Below are positions 1 to 8,859 of a stretch of 64,000 bases of DNA, piece by piece. How positions within the stretch are numbered: position 1 is the first letter of the stretch; the number at the start of each line of letters is the position of its first letter. The position numbers and the translations under genes were made by a program. Source of the DNA: a virus (taxonomy: Duplodnaviria; Caudoviricetes); IMG/VR virus record IMGVR_UViG_3300028883_000049, positions 480 to 64,479 of that record. One strand, 5' to 3'. The notes below the pieces were generated by a model. It saw only the letters and a list, made by a program, of their open reading frames with translations, was not told the origin of the DNA and searched no databases.

Positions 1-1
1 A

Positions 2-835
2 ATTCTCATACCTGACATTTGTAAATCAGCCGGGACTCTTGTCTGTATCGGGGCTAAACGTTTAATCTTTGGTGACCGAGGAGAGTTAGGACCCCTTGAT
101 ATTCAACTATCAAAACCAGATGAAATGTTCGAAAACATGTCTGGTCTTGATATTTTACAAGCGATCAGCGCACTTGAGACAGAACTCCTAGATTCATTCA
201 GACGATATTTTGTCGACATTCGTGCCGGAAGCCAGATTAAGACAAAAACGGCAGCAGAGATTGCCACTAAACTTGCTGACGGGTTTATCGCCCCAATCGC
301 ATCAAGAATAGACCCAGTAACTCTTGGCGAACACCAAAGAGCAATGCAAATAGCCTTTGAGTATGGAGAACGCCTGGAAGAAATGGCCGACTCATTAAAG
401 GAGAACGCGCTTCGCACCCTTGTTGGCGACTATCCTTCTCACGGTTTTGTCATCGACAGAAAAGAAGCCGGAACATTGTTCAAGAATGTTTCATCTCCTG
501 ACGAAACAACTATCGACATTTACAACATGTCCCGTGATATACTCGAAAGAGAACGATATCCGGATCCAGTTATTGTTATTGATTTGATCGATCTTTTAAC
601 AACCCATGGCAACTCTTTGCCACAGGAGGAAGGAAATGAAAAAGATGGTCCTCATGACAGAGGAGAAGAGGGAGACGTCCAGGAGGATGATGGAATCGCA
701 GCTGTCCAAAGCGAGACAAATCAGCCGGATGGCATCATCGAACAACCTGGCAACGAGCATGTCGAAAAGCAAGCAAGCACCGACAATCAAGGTAACGAGC
801 ACAACCAAGACAAAGAATTAAAAAAAGCAGAATAA
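2..835 (+). CDS. SDH/SppA-family ClpP-fold serine protease-like protein, 5'-truncated by window edge, acidic C-terminal tail
   Basis: Frame is open from base 2: ILIPDICKSAGTLVCIGAKRLIFGDRGELGPLDIQ, with the KSAGT and LGPLD motifs; later YPSHGFVI motif. Confidence 0.75.
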   Translation: MLIPDICKSAGTLVCIGAKRLIFGDRGELGPLDIQLSKPDEMFENMSGLDILQAISALETELLDSFRRYFVDIRAGSQIKTKTAAEIATKLADGFIAPIASRIDPVTLGEHQRAMQIAFEYGERLEEMADSLKENALRTLVGDYPSHGFVIDRKEAGTLFKNVSSPDETTIDIYNMSRDILERERYPDPVIVIDLIDLLTTHGNSLPQEEGNEKDGPHDRGEEGDVQEDDGIAAVQSETNQPDGIIEQPGNEHVEKQASTDNQGNEHNQDKELKKAE

Positions 836-844
836 CTATCTCAG

Positions 845-877
845 GCCCCGTCTGCAATTAGCAGATGGGGCTTTTTT
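845..877 (+). terminator. Rho-independent terminator
   Basis: GCCCCGTCTGC-AATTA-GCAGATGGGGC followed by TTTTTT. Confidence 0.75.
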
Positions 878-886
878 GTTGAGCAC

Positions 887-2371
887 ATGACTGCAGCTAT
901 CTACATCCGCAAATCACGCGAGGACAAAAATAAACCCGCGCACCGGCTCACCGTGCAACGCCAACAACTGCCGGACTATGCCATGGCCCAGGGCTGGACA
1001 CCGATCGTTTACGACGATGGCCACGCGTCGGCCGCCAGGGGCAAAACCGAGGACCTGGAAGAGCGCAATCGCCTCGAAGCCGACATCAAAGCCGGAAAAA
1101 TAAACATCATCCTGACCATAGAACTGTCGCGCCTATCCCGCGATGACTCCATGCAAGACTATACCGCCTGGTTGCACCTGTGCAGCCAGCATAACGTCAA
1201 ACTGGCGACCATGAGTCGCACTCTGGACCCGGCCCAGCACAGCGACTGGATGTTGCTGCTTATGGAAGGGGGATTTTCCAGCGTCGAAATGAAAGTTCTG
1301 CAAGGCCGCATGGCCGAAGGGAGAAAACAGGCCATCCGCTCAGGGAGATACATCTGGGGCAATCCACCGACCCCGTATGTCAAAAATCCCGCAACCGGGG
1401 CCATAGAAATTGACCCAGATCAACGAACACAGGTCGACGCGATACTCACCATGGCCGAAACCATGAGTGTCCACCGCATCGTCCAGCAAACAGGATTGCC
1501 CCAGATCAAAATCCGGCGCATGATCAGCGATGACCGCCTGCTGTTTTACCTGGGGAAGATCCTCGATCCGGACAGCGGAGAAGAAATCGACGGCCAATGG
1601 CCGCCCCTGATCGATGCCGATCGAGCCACCACTATCAGGCAGGCCAGGCGCACCCGCAAACCCTACGGCAAAAACCGCGAAGCCGGAGGCCTGCTATCCA
1701 ACCTGGACGGCCTGCTGCAATGCGGATACTGTGGTCGTACCGCCAAAGCCTGGCGTAACAGCCGGATCAAAAACGACGGCACCCGCAACAACTATTACGG
1801 CTGCAGCCACAGCTGCCAGAAATCGCGCCTGGTGCAACAGAAGATCATCGATGACAAAGTTATCACCAACCTGCTCGGCACACTCAAAAAAACCGATCAC
1901 CTGGCCGAGGCCTGGACCAAAAACAACACCGCCGGCGATATCCCCGGACAGCTCGCCGCGATCGACAGCGAAGAAACCGACCTGCTCGAAAAAAAACAAC
2001 GCCTGATCCAGGCCATCACCGAAGGCGTGATCAGCTTCGCCGACGCCAAAAACACCCGGCAACAGATCGAAAACAACCTGTCAGCCCTGCAGCTGCAACG
2101 CCGAAAAATACAAGCCAGCAGACAACCAGAACCCGACTGGCATGATCTTCAGAAACGCGCCGCCAAATGGCCGCTGATGACCGAAAAAGAACAACGCGAC
2201 TTCCTGCAGATTAACCTCGCCGAGATCCGCATTTATTACAACTATGCCCTGGTCAGCTACCGCTATCCCCGAACCCTGGACGGAAATCAAACCGCCCGGG
2301 TCCACCTTCCGGAGCCATACAAACCATCAACCAGAAAGCCCCGCGCTACAAACCGCAACACAGCGAAATAA
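887..2371 (+). CDS. Large serine recombinase (integrase) of phage A
   Basis: N-terminal YIRKS catalytic Ser, LSRLSR motif, recombinase domain, Zn ribbon CGYCG...YYGC, coiled coil; 494 aa. Confidence 0.93.
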   Translation: MTAAIYIRKSREDKNKPAHRLTVQRQQLPDYAMAQGWTPIVYDDGHASAARGKTEDLEERNRLEADIKAGKINIILTIELSRLSRDDSMQDYTAWLHLCSQHNVKLATMSRTLDPAQHSDWMLLLMEGGFSSVEMKVLQGRMAEGRKQAIRSGRYIWGNPPTPYVKNPATGAIEIDPDQRTQVDAILTMAETMSVHRIVQQTGLPQIKIRRMISDDRLLFYLGKILDPDSGEEIDGQWPPLIDADRATTIRQARRTRKPYGKNREAGGLLSNLDGLLQCGYCGRTAKAWRNSRIKNDGTRNNYYGCSHSCQKSRLVQQKIIDDKVITNLLGTLKKTDHLAEAWTKNNTAGDIPGQLAAIDSEETDLLEKKQRLIQAITEGVISFADAKNTRQQIENNLSALQLQRRKIQASRQPEPDWHDLQKRAAKWPLMTEKEQRDFLQINLAEIRIYYNYALVSYRYPRTLDGNQTARVHLPEPYKPSTRKPRATNRNTAK

Positions 2372-2410
2372 CATCACTTTTAATACTTCATCAAAAAAGA
2401 CCAAAAACCA

Positions 2411-2571
2411 TTTGTAGCCACAAAAACAAAAAAAACCAACAACTTAAAGTAGTTGATGGCTTTATGATCTAAATCGAGCTCTCACGCTCTACCAACTGAG
2501 CTAAGAGGGAAGATCATGTGTCCGCTAAGTGTTAGCCTTTACTGCTTTTTTAACTGTTTTTTGGCTACAAA
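2411..2571. other. Putative attP region of the serine recombinase with nested inverted repeats
   Basis: TTTGTAGCCACAAAAACA (2411) / TGTTTTTTGGCTACAAA (to 2571) and ATGATCT (2464) / AGATCAT (to 2517) share a centre at ~2490-2491; directly downstream of the recombinase. Confidence 0.55.
2485..2510 (-). other. tRNA 5' fragment (acceptor 5' strand plus D-arm); not a complete tRNA
   Basis: Minus strand reads TCCCTCTTAGCTCAGTTGGTAGAGCG, a canonical D-arm; no anticodon or T-arm follows. Confidence 0.75.
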
Positions 2572-2618
2572 ATCAGCCAAAAACAGGGCAAAAAAGGCTG
2601 TAGCGGAAACGCTGGAAA

Positions 2619-2647
2619 GTTATATCTGAGCGTGGCTTGCGTGTCAA
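2619..2647 (-). promoter_or_regulatory. Near-consensus sigma70 promoter pointing into the tRNA fragment
   Basis: Minus strand TTGACA-17 nt-TATAAC. Confidence 0.7.
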
Positions 2648-2656
2648 TAAAAATTA

Positions 2657-3355
2657 TTATTCCAGCAGAGCAATATAGTCATCGATGCTGTGATCTTTGA
2701 TGCTGTCGCCCCATTTGAAGCGGGTTATATTTTGCCAGATCTCGCCAAAACCGTACCACCAGGGCGGGGCGATCACCTGGCCGCCTTGTCCTGACCCGTC
2801 GAACCAGACCGGCTGGTCGACATGACGCCAGCGCAGCATTGTCGGCACACGACAAACAAGATCGCTGTCATTGATAAGGCGATAGCTGCGACCCTCAAAA
2901 ACAGCATTATACGCCGCGGCAAATTTGCGATCACCGACGCGCGGGCTGCCGAAGGTATAGACCGCTGCGATATCAAATCCCTGGCGATCGAGATCGAACG
3001 CCGCAACTGTTGCCAGTGCCGCGCCCAGGCTGTGCCCGGTGATAACGATATCAGCCTGGCCAGCCAGGTCATTGACGTGGCCCAGGACATGCCGGCGGAT
3101 CTTCTGATAAGCTCGATAAAAGCCCTCATGAACCCGATGCCCGTTGAAGGTGATTTTTTTGACGTTGGCATCGGTGATCCAGTCGCGCAGCGACGTTGTC
3201 CCGCGAAAAGCGATAAACAACCGACCCGCAGACCGAGTGATAACCGCTTCCGTTTCATCGCAGGCCAGGAAAACATAGCCAGGATCGCGGCGGCTGTCCG
3301 CATAAGCCAGCTTTGATGCCATGGCGCATTGAAGCGCGAGTTCTTTATCATACAT
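2657..3355 (-). CDS. Lipase class 3 (alpha/beta hydrolase)
   Basis: IAFRGT, VHEGF, GHSLGAALA nucleophile elbow, TFGSPRVG, DLVCRVP, C-terminal DHSIDDY. Confidence 0.9.
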   Translation of the reverse strand: MYDKELALQCAMASKLAYADSRRDPGYVFLACDETEAVITRSAGRLFIAFRGTTSLRDWITDANVKKITFNGHRVHEGFYRAYQKIRRHVLGHVNDLAGQADIVITGHSLGAALATVAAFDLDRQGFDIAAVYTFGSPRVGDRKFAAAYNAVFEGRSYRLINDSDLVCRVPTMLRWRHVDQPVWFDGSGQGGQVIAPPWWYGFGEIWQNITRFKWGDSIKDHSIDDYIALLE

Positions 3356-3382
3356 TTATCAACCCCGCTTTCAGGTCAGGAT

Positions 3383-3664
3383 TTACTGCCCGGCCGACAG
3401 GCCCCGGATCAGCGCGCCGGTCAGTGCGTTGGCCAGCTCGGTATCGCCGCGGCTGTTGTCCGCCCCTCCTGTTGCCCCGCAGGCCTGCCCCGTTGCCGTG
3501 TCAAAAGCCTTAAACGCCGATGTATAGCTGGCCTTGCACAGCGTTCCGTCAGGCTGTGCTGTTTCGACGCTGAACGATGCGCATCCTGAGAGCATGACGA
3601 CAGCCAAGCAAAAAACCAAAAAGACAAAGAGCGCGCGCTGATATTTTTTTATCAATGATTTCAT
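3383..3664 (-). CDS. Small lipoprotein (lysis-module, spanin-like position)
   Basis: Signal peptide with lipobox LSGC; 93 aa. Confidence 0.65.
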   Translation of the reverse strand: MKSLIKKYQRALFVFLVFCLAVVMLSGCASFSVETAQPDGTLCKASYTSAFKAFDTATGQACGATGGADNSRGDTELANALTGALIRGLSAGQ

Positions 3665-3855
3665 CGTGTTTTACCTCTCTTTATGGCCGGTTTATATCGG
3701 ACACACTGGTCATTAGGGCAACTGCCATCTTCGGGTCTTAAAGTATGTCCACATTCTGGGCAGCGAAAATCGATCATAATCCATCCAAACTTGACAACTG
3801 CCCATCCTGCGATAATGTGTAAATTGAACTGTTACACTCACGAATGGAGGGGCTT

Positions 3856-4542
3856 ATGCGCACGATTATTTCCCTGTTTCTACTGCTGTCCGTTGCATCC
3901 GTATCCCATGCCGCTGTGATCGATGGCGTCCCGTCATGGCAAACAAACGGCGGGGCAGGGGCCGGAGCGCTGCAAATCCTCGGCTGGTACGATCTTCACG
4001 GCTACGACAACCTGTTTGCCGCCGAAGGCGAAAATATCTACACCCAGGGCGCTCTGCTCGCTGAACTCCAGGATTTCGACAGCTTCCTCAACATCAATCA
4101 ATGGGGCGGCGTCGATGGCCGGGACATTCCCCCGGCTGTCGAGGACTTTGCAGCGTTCAAGGGCTACAACTTTGCCGCCGAATACATCACCTTTTTCTTC
4201 TTTTCCTTTGAAGATTTCATGGCCGAAATTGACGCTGGACGCCCGGTCAGCATTACCACGGACAACACCGAAACAGGATTTATCCCGATTGAAGTGGCAG
4301 GTGTCGGCTATGACATGATCGACGGAGTTCCTCATTATGGGTTTATTTCCTCTCTCACTGGGCTGACCGATATCATCTGGAAACCATGGATCGAAGGATC
4401 GACCGAGTACGCTTGGGGAGTCACGGACGTCATGACCATCGCTCCACAAGCCGCCCCGGTCCCTGAACCATCGACCGTACTTCTGTTCAGTGTTGGAATC
4501 ATTGGATTGTCCCTCCGATGGAGACTGCGCCAACCTTCTTAA
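3856..4542 (+). CDS. PEP-CTERM protein with degenerate C39 peptidase-like domain (moron)
   Basis: GGAGG RBS, Sec signal ending SHA, EIDAGRPV motif, C-terminal VPEPSTVLLF-TM-RWRLR. Confidence 0.88.
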   Translation: MRTIISLFLLLSVASVSHAAVIDGVPSWQTNGGAGAGALQILGWYDLHGYDNLFAAEGENIYTQGALLAELQDFDSFLNINQWGGVDGRDIPPAVEDFAAFKGYNFAAEYITFFFFSFEDFMAEIDAGRPVSITTDNTETGFIPIEVAGVGYDMIDGVPHYGFISSLTGLTDIIWKPWIEGSTEYAWGVTDVMTIAPQAAPVPEPSTVLLFSVGIIGLSLRWRLRQPS

Positions 4543-6538
4543 ATGTTCTTTCCGTCAACGTAATCGAATCGCTCAAACTGGATGATATGTTGTTAGCAGC
4601 ATCCATCGCCCAGGCGTAAAGGGTTTTGCTGCCATAGCTGGAAAATGTGTAGCTGGTCTGTGCGCTTGATTGCCAGTCTGGATCTGATGTGCTCGGAGTT
4701 GTGGCTGATTCGTTCAGGAGGTAGTCAGTCACTGCGACATTATCCGTTGCAGTGAAGGTGTTGACTGAAACGGTTAAAGATGATCCAGTGGCCGGAATGT
4801 CGAATGCTGTGACTGTCGGGTCTGTTGTGTCTGCGCTCTCATTGACCGCCCAAACACCAAGCTCATCTATCCACATTGACTCTGATACTGGAGCACCGTC
4901 ACCAATATAAGGGGCAAGGGCTATTTTGTCCCATGTTGCCCCTTCATATTCGCCAGCGGCGTATAGGACACTCTCGCTCTCAATCGCTAAATCTTCGTCT
5001 ACCCAAAGACGCATAATTCCATCAAAATTAGCCGTCCCAGATGTAAAAGTATTCAACTTTATGTAGGATGTGATTTTTGTCCAAGTGTTTGCAGGGATGC
5101 TTACGCTGCTGGATTTCCATGTGTTTGCCGAATACCAGCCACCTGAAGAATAACAACTTCCAGAGGTTGCCCCTGTTTCTGCATACGGTGTATTACACTG
5201 ATTTGCAGACCTGGCTTCTGTTACAGAGGTCAAATCTTGTGGCGGTGTGCCTTCAGTGTCATTTACTCTCATCATGTCTTGATGAGCGATCTGAGGGTAA
5301 TTTGTATAAGGGCTGCTAGTATCTGCAAGCGCTTCAAAATAAAGATTACTGTTCGACCCTGCAAAACCCTGATAGGCCGTATCATCAGAAGATAGCACAT
5401 GTATTAAGTGCGGGTGATACGCTTGCCCTGATCCTTGCCAGCCAGTATCATATTTAACATAGTATTCAATCAAAAATTCGTCTGTTTCGGCAGACAGATT
5501 GTTTCTGATTGCACTAAACCCTGTTGGCTGCGTCGCAGAGCTTGCCCACGTCCATTTCAGAGCATTACCTGAATAGCCACCAGCCTCTGTGCCTGTCGAT
5601 GTTGTCCCATCGTACCAACTGCGACTTGTCCAGCTATCATCCTCGAAGGATTCAGAAAATAGACTTGTTCCTTTAGTCGGTATTGTTGTTAGAGGCCCAA
5701 TCCTTCCGGTTGCCGATATAGCATAGTCATCAAAATCAACAGGATTACATCCAGAACCATCTAATATCCACTCTTGGTTTGATCCGAGAAGGATTCCAGA
5801 AATACCAGTCACGGAAAAACTATCTCCACCAAAGTCAACACTTTGCTCATCAATGATCTTGGTGTCATCTATCCACATTTCAGCAATGCCATCTGTTCCG
5901 TCCGTATCTATCTTTATATGTGCCTCGTAATAATGCCATTGACCATCGCCCTCTAAATCACTATTATTCATGACGGTCGCCCAACCCTGTGAAGATGTTG
6001 GGTTTGTCACCGATCCCATCCCCTGCTTTGCAAAGACAAAACCATCAGCACCAGCCCACTCAACAATGACTTCAACGTCAGTTGAGAGTGGATACAAATC
6101 AATATAAAGGAGTTTGTCGTAATGTAAACCACTGTTTGGATCCCATTGTAGGGATGTTGGAAACTTCATGTACCACCTCACCCAAATCTCGTCTGGGTGG
6201 TCATCAAGAAGTACATACAGCCCCCCGCTACCATCGTTAGACCCTTGTGGACTACCACCATCACCATACCAGTGCCGTTGGCCTAACCCACCACTACCGT
6301 TAGGGTTGTTTGCCGAAGAGGTTATTTGTTCATAATTTCCGCAAGAGTCTGGCTGCCCAAGTGCTTCCTGAACTCCACCACAATCAATGGGGTTTCTATA
6401 ATTTGGATCGCTCTCGTCTTTTGTCCACTCCGTACACTCAGTTTCATCGAAACTTGTTGACCACGGCAAGGTGACGCCAGCAAAAACTGTAAACGGGAAA
6501 AATAGCAGTATCAAATATATGAGAGCTTTATTCAGCAT
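4499..6538 (-). CDS. Secreted acidic protein with two jelly-roll (polysaccharide lyase/lectin-like) repeats and a C-terminal Ig-like domain
   Basis: Signal peptide ending VFA; repeated pattern (VRWYMKF / IEYYVKY; DGIAEMWID / DGIMRLWVD); C-terminal ATDNVAV...YAWAMDAANNIS. Confidence 0.65.
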   Translation of the reverse strand: MLNKALIYLILLFFPFTVFAGVTLPWSTSFDETECTEWTKDESDPNYRNPIDCGGVQEALGQPDSCGNYEQITSSANNPNGSGGLGQRHWYGDGGSPQGSNDGSGGLYVLLDDHPDEIWVRWYMKFPTSLQWDPNSGLHYDKLLYIDLYPLSTDVEVIVEWAGADGFVFAKQGMGSVTNPTSSQGWATVMNNSDLEGDGQWHYYEAHIKIDTDGTDGIAEMWIDDTKIIDEQSVDFGGDSFSVTGISGILLGSNQEWILDGSGCNPVDFDDYAISATGRIGPLTTIPTKGTSLFSESFEDDSWTSRSWYDGTTSTGTEAGGYSGNALKWTWASSATQPTGFSAIRNNLSAETDEFLIEYYVKYDTGWQGSGQAYHPHLIHVLSSDDTAYQGFAGSNSNLYFEALADTSSPYTNYPQIAHQDMMRVNDTEGTPPQDLTSVTEARSANQCNTPYAETGATSGSCYSSGGWYSANTWKSSSVSIPANTWTKITSYIKLNTFTSGTANFDGIMRLWVDEDLAIESESVLYAAGEYEGATWDKIALAPYIGDGAPVSESMWIDELGVWAVNESADTTDPTVTAFDIPATGSSLTVSVNTFTATDNVAVTDYLLNESATTPSTSDPDWQSSAQTSYTFSSYGSKTLYAWAMDAANNISSSLSDSITLTERTFKKVGAVSIGGTIQ

Positions 6539-8693
6539 GGATGGCAACCCCTATCGCGACGTTACCTCCAGAAGCAGAAGTAAATGTTTTTGAAATGCTT
6601 CCTGACAAACCTGTTTGGTAGTATGCGCCGAGCGATGAACTGCCAGAAGAGTCATAACTTATCTGCGTCAATCCGTCATAATCACTCAAAGATATGCCTC
6701 CATCATCTGACCCAAAAAGACCTATAAATATATCAGCTGAAGAAGTTGTTACCGAGCCTGTGCTAACTGTCCCTGTCGCTGTGTTGGAGTTGTAGCCGCT
6801 TATTGACCAAGACCCTGATGTCTTTGAATATCGAGCAACAACAGCATTCAAATATGTCCCACCTGTTTGTCCAAATGTGTAATCAGTTGGCTCGCTACCA
6901 GTTGCAATTTTGTAGGCAGTTGTCATGTTTGATGATCCGTTAGCAATGCCACCAGATGTAATCTCTGTGTAGCCATCAAAGGTATCCCAAGCCCCTGACG
7001 CATCGCTCACAAGATAAGCAAACAGCAAATCGCCTTCTGTTGTACCCGTTGGTTTTGTCACTGTAATTGATTCAACACCGCTGCTGGTGGCATTGGCGGC
7101 GTAGCTTTCATAGGCTAAAGTAACGCTCCCACTCTGCGTACTGTTATTCGTCACGCTCCCACTGGTGATCGAAGCAAGGTCATCCCCTGCAGAGTCTTCC
7201 CAACCGTCCCCAGGTTGTGTGTAGTCAACGTCACATGTATCGCCGCTATTAACTGTCGAACCGAGGGTATAAACAAGCGTGTCTGTCGTATCTCCGCTTG
7301 AGTAGGTCATGGTTATATCTGTTCCGGCTGTCGTACAATCGAGATTCCATCCACCATTTCCACCAGTACCGATAGTGATTGCTTCGGACGCAAGCAAGGA
7401 GATTGTCGCTCCGGTCGTTGGGATTGTGGCGCTGGTCAGCGTTGGTGGTGTTGGTGTTGGATTCGACCAGTCGGCAAATGTGACCGGGTAGCGATCCCAT
7501 GAGTCTGTTGATTCGCAGAGATAGATATAACTGGTGTCGAATGATCTTTGTCCGGTCGTGCAAGTATCATCACTGTAAGTCGGAGCTGTGACATAACCAG
7601 ATCCAACAGATACAGCGTCAACCTCGTCTTTTAGCTCTTCAATCGCGGCTTGGACATTGGCCGATGTGATTGTCAAATAGGTTGTAAATGGCACTTCACC
7701 AGCATTCTGATCATCCGTCCCCGCTGATAAGGGAGCCCAACTCGATCCGTTGTAGATCTGGAATACAAACGATGAATCGAGGTAAACATCTCCAGCGGAG
7801 GGCGTGAATGTTGGCGCGATTGAATTGTAGAAATTAGCGTAATGCTCACCGTCTGAAGCGGAACTCTCAAAACTCGGGGCCGATACCGCACCGGTGAAAG
7901 TTGCTCCGGTTAAGGCTGCATAAGTGCTATCATGATTATGGCTCAGTAAACTGTAAAACCCAGCATGATCGCCCCAGCTAAAAGCGGTATCCCAATTAAC
8001 CTCCTGTGTCGGCGTCGGGAAAACTCTCGTTGCGGTTTCAGCCAGATCATCAGCATCCAGCACAACCACGCCGGTCTGTCCGTTGACCGAATCGACAGCG
8101 CCAGATCCGGTCATGTCAGCGCAGGCCCAAACAAACCCATCCCACGCGGCCACCTGGCTGGCCGTACAATTCAGATTTTCGAGTGTATCGGTCGTATCAA
8201 CAATTGTGTTCGGATCGGCACAGGTCCAGGCACCAGCATCCTTATAGGGCACCTCACCATCGACACAGGCAGGCAGTGAGTCGCCACCACTGGTTTTCCA
8301 GTCTGTTCCAAGCACAGAATCAATCGCGGCAATGATCTCGGTCGGTGTCATATCGCCGGTCGCGTTCGCTTCGATTGCATTGAGTTTTGACAGTAGGTCA
8401 TTAGTCAGAGCGTTTGTGTCGGCTTCACCCTCATAAGCCGTTTTGATACCAGACCCGTAAGCGTCAACAATGGTCTGCACAGCCGTTTGGATATCGCCGG
8501 ATTCGATCAGGGCGAATATTCGCGATAGCGGGACCATGTACCTGGAGGTCGAATCTGCCGAGGCAATAACACCGGTTGCGACAACCGCGCTATAGTCCCG
8601 CTGCTCCCAATCGGTCGGGGCAATCTCATTCGTTTCGGCAAAAACCGAACCCGCAAACAAACACATCAAAAAGACAATAAACAGTTTTTTCAT
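6528..8693 (-). CDS. Ser/Thr-rich fibre/adhesin-like protein with signal peptide and SwmB-like domain
   Basis: MKKLFIVFLMCLFAGSVFA signal; fibre motifs VDSVNGQTGVVVL and NVQAAIEEL; PTLTSA...VDYTQPG...DSAGDDLAS segment. Confidence 0.65.
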   Translation of the reverse strand: MKKLFIVFLMCLFAGSVFAETNEIAPTDWEQRDYSAVVATGVIASADSTSRYMVPLSRIFALIESGDIQTAVQTIVDAYGSGIKTAYEGEADTNALTNDLLSKLNAIEANATGDMTPTEIIAAIDSVLGTDWKTSGGDSLPACVDGEVPYKDAGAWTCADPNTIVDTTDTLENLNCTASQVAAWDGFVWACADMTGSGAVDSVNGQTGVVVLDADDLAETATRVFPTPTQEVNWDTAFSWGDHAGFYSLLSHNHDSTYAALTGATFTGAVSAPSFESSASDGEHYANFYNSIAPTFTPSAGDVYLDSSFVFQIYNGSSWAPLSAGTDDQNAGEVPFTTYLTITSANVQAAIEELKDEVDAVSVGSGYVTAPTYSDDTCTTGQRSFDTSYIYLCESTDSWDRYPVTFADWSNPTPTPPTLTSATIPTTGATISLLASEAITIGTGGNGGWNLDCTTAGTDITMTYSSGDTTDTLVYTLGSTVNSGDTCDVDYTQPGDGWEDSAGDDLASITSGSVTNNSTQSGSVTLAYESYAANATSSGVESITVTKPTGTTEGDLLFAYLVSDASGAWDTFDGYTEITSGGIANGSSNMTTAYKIATGSEPTDYTFGQTGGTYLNAVVARYSKTSGSWSISGYNSNTATGTVSTGSVTTSSADIFIGLFGSDDGGISLSDYDGLTQISYDSSGSSSLGAYYQTGLSGSISKTFTSASGGNVAIGVAIHAE

Positions 8694-8703
8694 GACTCGC
8701 CCT

Positions 8704-8859
8704 TTACTGGTTAAAAGCCCAGGGATACTGATTAAGAGGAACATCCTGCTGATTGAAAGCCATCACCATTGTCGGCACCTGCAAGCCTTCCGGCGGCAAA
8801 TCAACCTCAATCTCCACATGGTATAAGTTACCGTCGGTTTCAATCTCGATATCAATCAT
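8704..8859 (-). CDS. Small hypothetical protein (51 aa; not in ORF track)
   Basis: MIDIEIETDG...WAFNQ; start overlaps the upstream stop. Confidence 0.5.
   Translation of the reverse strand: MIDIEIETDGNLYHVEIEVDLPPEGLQVPTMVMAFNQQDVPLNQYPWAFNQ

Larger units (their letters stand above)
3834..7945 (+). repeat. Copy 1 of ~4.1 kb direct repeat
   Basis: Matches 59559-63670 at constant offset 55,725; translated ORFs identical; a few synonymous SNPs in the first ~200 bp. Confidence 0.97.

Noticed and set aside
2440-2510. Complete tRNA gene on the minus strand
   Set aside because: Only the acceptor 5' strand and D-arm are present; no T-arm (GTTCGA) or CCA follows
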